DNA of 64,000 bases, from NCBI GenBank assembly GCA_030637655.1, contig DAOWGI010000109.1, forward strand, positions 1 through 64,000, read 5' to 3'. This DNA comes from a candidate division FCPU426 bacterium (GTDB lineage: Bacteria; Oederibacteriota; JAAXVQ01; JAUVAV01). Position numbers and translations under genes: made by a program. The notes beneath the pieces were generated by a model, which did not search any database, was not told the origin of the DNA, and saw nothing but the letters and a program-made list of their open reading frames with translations. Of this stretch, positions 39,322-48,197 are shown in pieces (position 1 is the stretch's first letter; every line of letters starts with the position of its first letter).

Positions 39322-40015
39322 CTTTGGCCACCCCTTTCTCGCCGACAATCAAACCGTCTTCTATGGTTATAACACGATTGGCAATCCTACCCAGTTCCGG
39401 ATTGTGTGTTACGATGATGATCGTTTGACCGTGCGTTTCATTAAAACGCTGAAATAATTCATGAATTCCTTTGGCGGTGACACCGTCCAGATCGCCGGTC
39501 GGTTCATCGGCCAAGAGCAAGCGGGGTTCATTCATTAGCGCGCGGGCAATTGCCACCCGTTGCTGCTCACCACCGGACAATTCTCCCGGACGGTGCTTGA
39601 AGCGTTTTTCCAAGCCGACCTCAGCCAGCAGGGATCGAGCGCGCTCACACGCCAAACGCCGCACAGCACCTTGAATCATGGCCGGCAGCATAACATTTTC
39701 TTCCGCCGTAAACTCCGGCAGCAAATGATGCATCTGAAAAACAAAACCCACGTATTGGCTCCGGCTGCGGGAAAGCCCCTCATCATTTTGCGCAAATAGA
39801 TCGCGCCCGGATATTTCCACAGTACCCGAGCTGGGACACATTAATCCTCCGGCAATATTCAACAGGGTGGTTTTGCCGGCACCCGATGGTCCCATGATCG
39901 CTACCGTTTCTCCTTGCGCCACGTGCAAGGATACTCCTTTGAGCACAGGAACCGGTTGTTTCCCAAGAATAAATCTCTTTTTTACAGCATTAAGTTTAAG
40001 TAAAAAATCACTCAT
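39272..40015 (-). CDS. lolD: Lipoprotein-releasing ABC ATPase
   Basis: GPSGAGKT, GFVFQMHHLLPEFTA, LSGGEQQR and LADEPTG motifs. Downstream of lolC/E. Confidence 0.9.
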   Translation of the reverse strand: MSDFLLKLNAVKKRFILGKQPVPVLKGVSLHVAQGETVAIMGPSGAGKTTLLNIAGGLMCPSSGTVEISGRDLFAQNDEGLSRSRSQYVGFVFQMHHLLPEFTAEENVMLPAMIQGAVRRLACERARSLLAEVGLEKRFKHRPGELSGGEQQRVAIARALMNEPRLLLADEPTGDLDGVTAKGIHELFQRFNETHGQTIIIVTHNPELGRIANRVITIEDGLIVGEKGVAKDAVSDLPSGGSERISD

Positions 40016-41279
40016 AACGAATCGCTTCCACCGGATCGAGCCGGGACGCTTGCCAAGCAGGATAGATGGTCGAGATTAAGCACACCAATAATGACAACAC
40101 AATTATCAGGACAACATCCAGAGTTTGCGTGGCTACCGGTAATTTTTCAATATAATATACACTTCCCCCGCCGGGAATCTGTATCGGATAAAGCTTCAAC
40201 AACAAGCACGTGAACAAACCGCCGGCCAGGCCAAGCAGCGTTCCGACGATTCCAATCACCGCGCCCTCCAGCATAAACAAGCGCATAATAAAACGGCGGT
40301 CAGCTCCAATGGCTTTCAAAATACCAATGTCTTTCTTTTTTTCCATAACTACCATGATCAACGTGGAAGCGATATTAAAAGCCGCTACCATGACAATCAT
40401 GATCAAAATGATGAACATCACAATTTTTTCAGTTTCCAAAGCAGTGGCCAGATTGCGATTCATGGCCATAAAATCCCGGGCCCAATAGCCGGATCCGATT
40501 TTTTGCAGATCACGTGCCACCGCGCGGGCCTTTTCCAATTGATCCACCCGAATGGCTATACCATTGACCACCCCAGGCTGTTCAAAGAGTATTTGCGCGG
40601 TTTCCAAAGAGACGTACGCAAAGGTGGCATCATACTCGTACATGCCCACCTCAAAAATACCAACCACCTGAAAGGTCGCCACTTTGGGTACAGTGCCGGC
40701 AGCCGTGACCTTGAATACCGGAGCCACAATGGTGATTTCATCACCTGTCAAGACACCTAATTTCCTGGCTACTTCCACACCCAACACAATACCCCGTCCA
40801 CGCAAAGGATTATTCTTGCTTTTCGGTGGTTGATTCAGTTTTTCCAGACTACCGGTCTTCATATTCTCACCCAACTTGGTCACGGATTTCTCTCGCCGGG
40901 TATCAATGCCCCAAATCATCACACCCTCAACATGATGCTCATTTTTCAACATCACTTGATTGGCCAGGTAAGGCGAAACCGCTTTGACCCGGGGATGTTC
41001 TTCCGCTTGGGCCAAAATTTTTTGCCAGCCGGCTATGCCGCCTTGATCATAACTGGCAATAACCACATGGGCTTGGGCGCCAATAATTTTTTTACGGATG
41101 TCTTCCCGAAAACCGTTCATCACCGACATCACCACAATAAGCGTCATTACACCCAAGGCTACACCCATCACCGAAATAACAGAAATAAGTGAAATAAAAG
41201 TCTGCTTTTGCTTGGCACGCAAGTAACGCAGTCCAATATGAAATTCAAAAGGCAAAGGCAACCCGGCCACTTCCTTCAT
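40008..41279 (-). CDS. lolC: Lipoprotein-releasing ABC permease LolC/E
   Basis: IGLRYLRAK..FISLIS, VMSVMNGF, DIGILKAIGA and YPAWQASRLDPVEAIRYE motifs. Confidence 0.92.
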   Translation of the reverse strand: MKEVAGLPLPFEFHIGLRYLRAKQKQTFISLISVISVMGVALGVMTLIVVMSVMNGFREDIRKKIIGAQAHVVIASYDQGGIAGWQKILAQAEEHPRVKAVSPYLANQVMLKNEHHVEGVMIWGIDTRREKSVTKLGENMKTGSLEKLNQPPKSKNNPLRGRGIVLGVEVARKLGVLTGDEITIVAPVFKVTAAGTVPKVATFQVVGIFEVGMYEYDATFAYVSLETAQILFEQPGVVNGIAIRVDQLEKARAVARDLQKIGSGYWARDFMAMNRNLATALETEKIVMFIILIMIVMVAAFNIASTLIMVVMEKKKDIGILKAIGADRRFIMRLFMLEGAVIGIVGTLLGLAGGLFTCLLLKLYPIQIPGGGSVYYIEKLPVATQTLDVVLIIVLSLLVCLISTIYPAWQASRLDPVEAIRYE

Positions 41280-41291
41280 AAAATTAAAATT

Positions 41292-41319
41292 GTAGAGGCG
41301 CGATTAATCGCGCCTCTAC
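41292..41319. repeat. REP palindrome
   Basis: GTAGAGGCGCGATTAATCGCGCCTCTAC. Confidence 0.85.
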
Positions 41320-41362
41320 GACAACAATTTAGACACCTGTCTTTTTCGCAGGTTCTCAGGAG

Positions 41363-41400
41363 TCAGAGTAGGGGCGCGATTAATCGCGCCCCTACTCTGA
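41363..41400. repeat. REP palindrome overlapping the lysS stop codon
   Basis: Perfect 38-bp palindrome TCAGAGTAGGGGCGCGATTAATCGCGCCCCTACTCTGA. Confidence 0.85.
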
Positions 41401-42906
41401 CATGGTATCCGAAAGGTCTTCCCCATCCACATCCGAGTGTTTAATCTGTCGCAGTTGCGGAAAAAGGATAACATCCCGAATTGAAGGAGAATCAGTGAGC
41501 AACATAATTAAGCGATCGATACCAATGCCCAATCCACCTGCCGGCGGCAATCCATATTCCAAGGCACGAATATAATCTTCATCCATCATTTGCGCTTCTT
41601 CATCTCCTTGGGCACGTTTTTGCGCCTGCCTTTCAAAGCGTTTCCGCTGTTCCTGAGGATCATTCAATTCGGAAAAACCATTGGCAAATTCATGACCCAC
41701 AATGTAGGGCTCAAAGCGATCCGCCAATTCCGAATCGCCTTCTTTTTGTTTAGCCAAAGGAGACAGTTCAATGGGAAAATCCACCACAAAAGTTGGTTGA
41801 ATCAGTTTCGGTTCCACTAAATTTTCAAACAGAATCTCCACCAACTCCGCTTTATCGGCTTTTTCCGGAGCATCCAGATGGTGTTCTTTGCACACTGCTT
41901 GTAATTTCTCCGGTGTTTGATTCCACACATCCACCTTGGTCTGTTCTTTGACTGCGTCCACATAGGAGACCCGACGCCAGGGTGTAGTCATATCAATCTC
42001 TTGGCCTTGATAATTAATCTTAGTTCCATTGGTCAGCGTCTTTACCAGATGTACAAATATCTTTTCCGTCAATTCCATCATGGTTTGTCCATTGACATAG
42101 GCTTGATAGACTTCCAGCATGGTAAATTCCGGATTGTGCATGGTACTTATACCTTCGTTCCGAAAATTACGATTCAATTCATAGACTTTTTCCAAACCAC
42201 CAACCAACAAACGTTTCAAATACAATTCCGGCGCAACCCGCAAATACAAATCACGATTCAAAGCATTGTGATGCGTAATAAACGGTTTGGCAGCAGCGCC
42301 TCCGGCAATAGGCTGCATCATGGGTGTCTCTACTTCCAGAAAACCCAAATTATCCAGAAAATTCCGGACTTCTTTCACAATCCGAAAGCGTGTCAGAAAA
42401 ACAGCGCGTGATTTCTCATTAGACAAAATATCCAAATACCGTTGACGATACCGAACTTCCACATCCTTCACGCCATGCCATTTTTCCGGCAAGGCCCGGA
42501 TGGCTTTGGCCAGCAGAATGAATTCTTCCACTTTGACTGTTAATTCTCCGGTCTTGGTGCGAAACACCTGGCCCTTAACTCCTAAAAAATCCCCCACATC
42601 CAGGCGTTTGACAATCTCAAATTTCTCTTCGCCCAGGTCATTGGCGCGAAAATAGATCTGTACCTGCCCGCTCTCATCCTGCAAATGCGCAAAAATCGTC
42701 TTACCGTGACCACGGTAGGTTTTAATTCTGCCCGGGATGGAAATCGAAACTTCAGACCGGTCCTCCCCTTGCAAACGGGAGAAAGTTTCTTGAATTTTGG
42801 CCGCGGTATGGGTACGGGCATAACGGTAGGCATACGGTTCTATCCCTGAATCACGCAGAGCTTGAATTTTTTCTAAACGTTGCTGAATAAGTTCTTTTTC
42901 CGACAC
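41392..42906 (-). CDS. lysS: Lysine--tRNA ligase (class II)
   Basis: OB fold, RYRQRYLD, YLRVAPELYLKRL, FRNEG and GGLGIGIDRL motifs. Confidence 0.97.
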   Translation of the reverse strand: MSEKELIQQRLEKIQALRDSGIEPYAYRYARTHTAAKIQETFSRLQGEDRSEVSISIPGRIKTYRGHGKTIFAHLQDESGQVQIYFRANDLGEEKFEIVKRLDVGDFLGVKGQVFRTKTGELTVKVEEFILLAKAIRALPEKWHGVKDVEVRYRQRYLDILSNEKSRAVFLTRFRIVKEVRNFLDNLGFLEVETPMMQPIAGGAAAKPFITHHNALNRDLYLRVAPELYLKRLLVGGLEKVYELNRNFRNEGISTMHNPEFTMLEVYQAYVNGQTMMELTEKIFVHLVKTLTNGTKINYQGQEIDMTTPWRRVSYVDAVKEQTKVDVWNQTPEKLQAVCKEHHLDAPEKADKAELVEILFENLVEPKLIQPTFVVDFPIELSPLAKQKEGDSELADRFEPYIVGHEFANGFSELNDPQEQRKRFERQAQKRAQGDEEAQMMDEDYIRALEYGLPPAGGLGIGIDRLIMLLTDSPSIRDVILFPQLRQIKHSDVDGEDLSDTMSE

Positions 42907-42954
42907 AACAAGTTCTCCTTTTAACCCTAATGGGAATAATTTCGTATCAATTAA

Positions 42955-42982
42955 GTAGGGGCGTATTGCAATACGCCCCTAC
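42955..42982. repeat. REP palindrome
   Basis: GTAGGGGCGTATTGCAATACGCCCCTAC. Confidence 0.85.
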
Positions 42983-43023
42983 TACTACTACGGGCCTAGT
43001 CTATCAGTGCTATTACCTATTTG

Positions 43024-44490
43024 TCAATCATTGGTAGCGGGAATTGGTGGGGCTTTCACTCCCGGATTTCTCAGGAAAATAATTATTCCCGCATCCTCTT
43101 TCCATATTTTATACCTTGTATCCAGACGCATCTGATCCAAGGTGCGCAGGTAGTTTCCCCGGGAAAAGGGCCACATGTTTCCCTTGACATGAAACACAAC
43201 AAAATGCGGCAAGGTCTTGAAGGAATTCACACCTAAAACACTTACCCGGTTCTGTTCGGAAATATGTGGCGCCACATTGGCTTGGGCCAGCACTCTTCCC
43301 TGGTCCGGCAATTTATTCACTAACTTTTTAACATTTCTATGCTCTGGGGTCACAGCATAGGGCGAGATCCAGGCAAAATTAAAGATTAATAAAAAGAGCG
43401 CTACGCCACACAACACCAATGGTCTTTGGGTGCCGGGCAGTACGAAACGCCGCTCCATTTTAACCCAACCGGCAGCCAAGGCGGTAAATAAGAACGGTAA
43501 AATCGGCGCTGCGTAATACATTTTCAGACCAGCCTGAGGAGCATGATTGGAAGCCAACTGAATCCAAGCCGGCACAATCAAGGTAATGCCCCAGCTGGTG
43601 AAAAACGGTAAAGCAGCTGTAGCTAAAATCATTTTTACCATTTCCGGTTTCAGCAATACTCCAAGGGCCTTAAAAGGTTGGCTAACCGCTCCACCCGCAA
43701 TACCAAATATCCCCTGACCAAAATGTGACCAGTAGGCAAAATACGGATACACTCCTTTGTTCAGAGGCAACAAGAACAGCAACGAAAGTATTCCACCGAA
43801 AAAAGCAATCGCGGCCGCGATCAAGGCCGGTGTCCGCTCTGTTGGTTTAAAAACCGCAATGATCAATGCCCACGGAAAGAGATAAAAGCCCATATCCTCT
43901 TTAATCAGCAGACAGACCACCAACATGAGCCAAAATTTCCAATCCCGCTTGGCCAGAAAAAGGTAGAACAATGAAAAAATCGCCAAAGGAATGAGATTTT
44001 CAATATGAAAATCACTAAACGCCATTTGCCGCGTATAGATAAAATTCAGATACAGAAAAGAAATTAAGATGGCCGGCCAGGCGGAAGCGCCCAGGCGACG
44101 GGATAGAAAATACAAAGGAATTGCCGCTGCGGCAATGACTAGTGCCTGAATCAGGAACAAAGCATTGGGAATATTATTGAATTTGATAATGGGAACAAAA
44201 AGAAACAGCAAAGGAGAAAAGTGTTCTGTAAAAAGACTTTTCTCCATAATCGGAGTATACAAATTCCAATTGGAGAGCGCTTGCAGATAAACCGAGATAT
44301 CGACGGCAAAGGTGTTAAAACTGGCGTGGCGGCTTAGATTCCAGTAAAAATACACGAAGGTATAAATAACAACCAAAACGCCCAGCACAATTTCTTTCCT
44401 GATGGCGGGAAGTTTTCTCTCTTTTTTCAACAAAACATGTGCCAGGTAAAACAAAAAACTCCAAATACAAACTTTAAGAAAAAAAATCAA
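43024..44490 (-). CDS. DUF2079-like polytopic membrane protein (probable GT-C glycosyltransferase)
   Basis: More than 10 TM segments; DISVYLQAL, EHFSPLL, DFH.E and LLIKED motifs. Confidence 0.75.
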   Translation of the reverse strand: MIFFLKVCIWSFLFYLAHVLLKKERKLPAIRKEIVLGVLVVIYTFVYFYWNLSRHASFNTFAVDISVYLQALSNWNLYTPIMEKSLFTEHFSPLLFLFVPIIKFNNIPNALFLIQALVIAAAAIPLYFLSRRLGASAWPAILISFLYLNFIYTRQMAFSDFHIENLIPLAIFSLFYLFLAKRDWKFWLMLVVCLLIKEDMGFYLFPWALIIAVFKPTERTPALIAAAIAFFGGILSLLFLLPLNKGVYPYFAYWSHFGQGIFGIAGGAVSQPFKALGVLLKPEMVKMILATAALPFFTSWGITLIVPAWIQLASNHAPQAGLKMYYAAPILPFLFTALAAGWVKMERRFVLPGTQRPLVLCGVALFLLIFNFAWISPYAVTPEHRNVKKLVNKLPDQGRVLAQANVAPHISEQNRVSVLGVNSFKTLPHFVVFHVKGNMWPFSRGNYLRTLDQMRLDTRYKIWKEDAGIIIFLRNPGVKAPPIPATND

Positions 44491-44640
44491 AATCCCCTCC
44501 GCATGGAAATAATGTAGTTGTATATCAGTCTACCTTAAGTCAGAGGGATTTTCCAGAAAAAATTGGAGCAGAACGCAGAACACTCGCTTTTCGGTTACTC
44601 AGAAAGCAGTGCGGAGATGTACTGGCATCGAATTGCTACT

Positions 44641-45366
44641 CTATTGATTTTCATTGGCATTTTCCCAATAGGCCATATCCCATTCCCACCCTTGGAGCCG
44701 ATGATTCTTATGAATGGCAAAAAACCAATTTTTCTCCCCGTTTTCCCAGCCTGTGGTTTTCAAGACCACACGTTCATCCTCCGCCTTGGAAATAATTTCA
44801 ACGGTCGGACGCCGCAAATTCGCCAACTCATCTGTCAGCATGTTCAGACCATCTTTATATTTAACCGCATACCGTTCGCTATAATTCCGGCCAAAACCGA
44901 AATCCCGGGAGATCAATTTCCCCAAGGCTTTTTGATCATGTTTTTGCAACGCCCTTTCCAGTTTCAAAATCAGTTCATCTAAAGAAGACATAACCCAGCT
45001 TTTGTCGCCCAGAAGCCAGTACAAGCGATTCTCCGTCATTACTCCCAGTTGTCCGCCTTCATGAATCACCGGATAGTTCATAAGCAAACGCAGATAGAGT
45101 TTCTTGGCTTCATTTTCTCTGCCAAAATTCTCAAAAGCCTGGGCAATGGTGTAAAGATAATATGCCAAGGAAACCGTGCGATTGAAATATCGGGTTTGCA
45201 GACGCACAGTTTCAACACCCGCGACTTCCAGGCGGCGATAGTCATAGTAAGACTTCACCGCCTGTTTAGGTTCTTTAAAGTCCACATTACGCTGCGGAAT
45301 TGAACCTTTTACACAACCGGTCAACAAAATCCCGGTTAAAATGTATAAAACCAGCTTATTCTTCAC
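44641..45366 (-). CDS. Hypothetical lipoprotein with TPR-like segment
   Basis: Lipobox LLTG-C; AYYLYTIAQAFE...EAKKLYLRLL..YP. Confidence 0.75.
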   Translation of the reverse strand: MKNKLVLYILTGILLTGCVKGSIPQRNVDFKEPKQAVKSYYDYRRLEVAGVETVRLQTRYFNRTVSLAYYLYTIAQAFENFGRENEAKKLYLRLLMNYPVIHEGGQLGVMTENRLYWLLGDKSWVMSSLDELILKLERALQKHDQKALGKLISRDFGFGRNYSERYAVKYKDGLNMLTDELANLRRPTVEIISKAEDERVVLKTTGWENGEKNWFFAIHKNHRLQGWEWDMAYWENANENQ

Positions 45367-45408
45367 AAAAAATACACCCCGGATTTATATTATACCGTTT
45401 CCTTAAAC

Positions 45409-45516
45409 GTAGGGAACGGTCGCGGTAGGGAACGGTCGCGGTAGGGAACGGTCGCGGTAGGGAACGGTCGCGGTAGGGAACGGTCGCGGTAGGGAACGGT
45501 CGCGACCGTTCCCTAC
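45409..45516. repeat. Six perfect tandem copies of a 16-bp REP half, closed by the REP right arm
   Basis: (GTAGGGAACGGTCGCG)x6 + ACCGTTCCCTAC. Confidence 0.92.
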
Positions 45517-45570
45517 AATAATTTATATATAAATTATAGCGCATTTCTCAACGTATCGCAAAGGTGAAAT

Positions 45571-45607
45571 AAAAAAGGCCATCCTCATTTAGCTTGAGAA
45601 TGGCCTT
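45571..45607 (-). terminator. Intrinsic terminator after secF
   Basis: Minus strand AAGGCCATTCTCA-loop-TGAGGATGGCC-TTTTTT. Confidence 0.7.
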
Positions 45608-45622
45608 GAAAAACAATACTTT

Positions 45623-46537
45623 TTAGCGTGGCAGAGGATCGCGATGGTGCCACTCAGTTAAAACACTACTGGCCACAAAAACAGAGGAATAGGTGCCAAT
45701 TAAAATACCCATAAGCATGGCCAAAGCAAAGGCGTGGATCACTTCACCACCCAAAATAACCAGACACAAGACCACCAACAGAGTTGTACCGGAAGTAATA
45801 ATGGTACGAGAAAGGGTCTCATTAATACTGGAATTAACCAAGGGTTGCATATCTTCTTTGCGGCGATGACGCATATTCTCGCGAATACGGTCAAAAACAA
45901 CGATAGTATCATTCAAAGAATATCCGGCTACGGTTAAAAGCGCGGTAATCAGAATCCAACTAATCTCATAACGCATGACCACAAAGATACCCAGTACTGC
46001 CAATACATCATGGAAAGTAGTAAAGGTAGCTGCCACCGCGAAACGAAAATCAAACCGCCACCAAATGTATAACAAAATCAAGACCGCTGCCCAAAATACC
46101 GCATACAAAGCCTGTTGCCGCAAATGCGCTGATACCGAGGGACCTACATCCTCAGAGGCCAGGAGTGTCACTTCATTGCCCTCAAACTTTGCTTTGAGTA
46201 CTTCCAACACGCGGGAACTGACGCGCTCGGTCGGTAACTTGGGCGCAAACACCCGCAGCATATATTTATACCGCCCGGGCTCACGAATGTACTGCTGGCT
46301 CACATTCTGAAAATCCGGATCATTCAGCGCATCGCGCAATTTATCGGATTTGATCTCTTTGGAAAATTCCACTTCCATGCTGGTTCCGCCGGAAAAATCA
46401 ACGCCCATATTCGCTTTGCCGGTAACAATTTGAATAATAGCAAAAATACCCATGGCTAAAAATATTCCGGAAACCAGAAACGCCAGTTTCCGTATGCGCA
46501 TAAAATCTATTTTGGTATCTCGAATGATTTGAAACAT
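45623..46537 (-). CDS. secF: Protein translocase subunit SecF
   Basis: GVDFSGG, VGPSV, GYSLNDTIVVFDRIRE and GTYSS motifs. Confidence 0.96.
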   Translation of the reverse strand: MFQIIRDTKIDFMRIRKLAFLVSGIFLAMGIFAIIQIVTGKANMGVDFSGGTSMEVEFSKEIKSDKLRDALNDPDFQNVSQQYIREPGRYKYMLRVFAPKLPTERVSSRVLEVLKAKFEGNEVTLLASEDVGPSVSAHLRQQALYAVFWAAVLILLYIWWRFDFRFAVAATFTTFHDVLAVLGIFVVMRYEISWILITALLTVAGYSLNDTIVVFDRIRENMRHRRKEDMQPLVNSSINETLSRTIITSGTTLLVVLCLVILGGEVIHAFALAMLMGILIGTYSSVFVASSVLTEWHHRDPLPR

Positions 46538-46564
46538 TGCTGTAAAATCCTCCTAAGACTCAAT

Positions 46565-46632
46565 GTAGGGAACGGTCGCAACCGAAGGGAATCCCATACG
46601 ATACCCCAACCGGTTGGGGGACCGTTCCCTAC
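46565..46632. repeat. REP palindrome with 40-bp insert
   Basis: GTAGGGAACGGTCGC[AACCGAAGGGAATCCCATACGATACCCCAACCGGTTGGGG]GACCGTTCCCTAC. Confidence 0.88.
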
Positions 46633-47969
46633 TAAATGGAAAGTTTTTTATAATGCTTCCGGGCATCAAACATTAACTTGGTTACAACTAAGGCCGTAAA
46701 GAGCGAAATTGAAATACCGCAAAGCAAGGTCACACCAAAACCTTTAATTGGACCGGTTCCGAATTGATATAAAATAAAGGCTGTAATCAAGGTTGTGACA
46801 TTGGCATCAATAATAGTCCACATGGCCTTGGCATACCCGGCATCAATAGCTGCCCGGACCGTTTTGCCGGTTTTTAATTCCTCGCGTATACGCTCAAAAA
46901 TAAGCACATTCGCGTCCACAGACATACCCATGGTCAGGATAATAGCCGCAATACCGGGCATGGTTAAGGTAGCCCCCAAAGCAGCCAGCAAGGCCAACAG
47001 GAAAAGGAAGTTCAATACTAAAGCAACGTCGGCAATCAAACCGGAAGAGCGGTAATAGACAAACATGAAGAGCACTACCATGATGATACCCACAACCCAG
47101 GATAGCGTACCTTTTTCAATAGAATCACGTCCCAAGGTGGGACCCACAACGTACTTATTGATAATATTCACCGGAGCCGGCAAAGCACCGGCTCGCAATA
47201 CCAGAGCTAAATCTTTGGCTTCCTGCAATTGGAATTGACCTTCAATGATTCCACTGCCGCCACTAATGCGTGATTTAATAACCGGCGCAGAATACACACG
47301 TTCGTCCAAAATAATAGCCAACCGCCGATTCACATTACTGCCCGTAATACCGGAAAACAGTTTTCCGCCCGCGCTGTCCAGCTTGAAAGAAACAATCGGA
47401 CGAGCGTAACCATCCATCTGCACTTTGGCATCAACCAGGCTTGATCCGGTCATCAGCCGTTTGGCATCCAGCACAAAGGGTTCACCATCGCGACCAGGCA
47501 AAATCTGAAGTTCCGGAGGCACTTTAGCAGCATCCGTATTGCCATCCGCATCCAACATATCCGCCAAATTATGACTTTCATTAACCAATTTAAATTCCAA
47601 AAGCGCGGTCTGACCAATAATTTTCACTGCCCGCTCAGGATCTTTAATACCAGGCAATTGAACAACAATCCACTGCTGCCCTTCCCGTGTAATAAGGGGT
47701 TCAGTAACACCCAAAGCATCAACACGATTACGCAAAACTTCAATCGCACGATCCCTGGCTTCATTCAAGGTAATATCCCCGGGCAATTCCTTAATATCTA
47801 CTTCCAATTTTAAGTACATACCGCCCTGCAAATCCAGACCCAAATTAATCTTACCCTTTTTCACCAACCCGCCATCACTGTCTTTAACATCAAAAGGTGG
47901 ATAAACAGCCCAAATACTGCTAATTACCAACACCACAGTCAGGGCAGTCAACCATTGCCGTAGACGCAT
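46632..47969 (-). CDS. secD: Protein translocase subunit SecD
   Basis: LGLDLQGG, LRAGALPAP, VGPTLG and GMSVDANVLIFERIREE motifs. Confidence 0.96.
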   Translation of the reverse strand: MRLRQWLTALTVVLVISSIWAVYPPFDVKDSDGGLVKKGKINLGLDLQGGMYLKLEVDIKELPGDITLNEARDRAIEVLRNRVDALGVTEPLITREGQQWIVVQLPGIKDPERAVKIIGQTALLEFKLVNESHNLADMLDADGNTDAAKVPPELQILPGRDGEPFVLDAKRLMTGSSLVDAKVQMDGYARPIVSFKLDSAGGKLFSGITGSNVNRRLAIILDERVYSAPVIKSRISGGSGIIEGQFQLQEAKDLALVLRAGALPAPVNIINKYVVGPTLGRDSIEKGTLSWVVGIIMVVLFMFVYYRSSGLIADVALVLNFLFLLALLAALGATLTMPGIAAIILTMGMSVDANVLIFERIREELKTGKTVRAAIDAGYAKAMWTIIDANVTTLITAFILYQFGTGPIKGFGVTLLCGISISLFTALVVTKLMFDARKHYKKLSI

Positions 47970-48003
47970 AATGAAAATCCCTCCTTCATTTATCTAATCG
48001 TAG

Positions 48004-48031
48004 GTAGGGGCGTATTGCAATACGCCCCTAC
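48004..48031. repeat. REP palindrome
   Basis: GTAGGGGCGTATTGCAATACGCCCCTAC. Confidence 0.85.
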
Positions 48032-48076
48032 AATAAATGTTTTAATAAAACGATTGAAAAACAAACAGATTGCGAA

Positions 48077-48105
48077 ATAATACACTACTGCCAAGGGTGT
48101 GTCAA
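48077..48105 (-). promoter_or_regulatory. Sigma70-type promoter for secDF
   Basis: Minus strand TTGACA-17 bp-TATTAT. Confidence 0.65.
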
Positions 48106-48129
48106 TCAATATTTGGGCGATTCAGTGCT

Positions 48130-48197
48130 GTAGGGAACGGTCCCCCAACCGGTTGGGGTATCGTATGGGATTCCCTTCGGTTGCGACCGTTCCCTAC
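48130..48197. repeat. REP + insert, exact reverse complement of 46565-46632
   Basis: 68-bp identity in inverted orientation. Contains the stop codon of the HEAT-repeat gene. Confidence 0.88.

Noticed and set aside
45409-45516. Possible CRISPR array or coding repeat (ORF 45356..45544)
   Set aside because: There are no spacers, and the ORF is just the translation of the tandem REP half.
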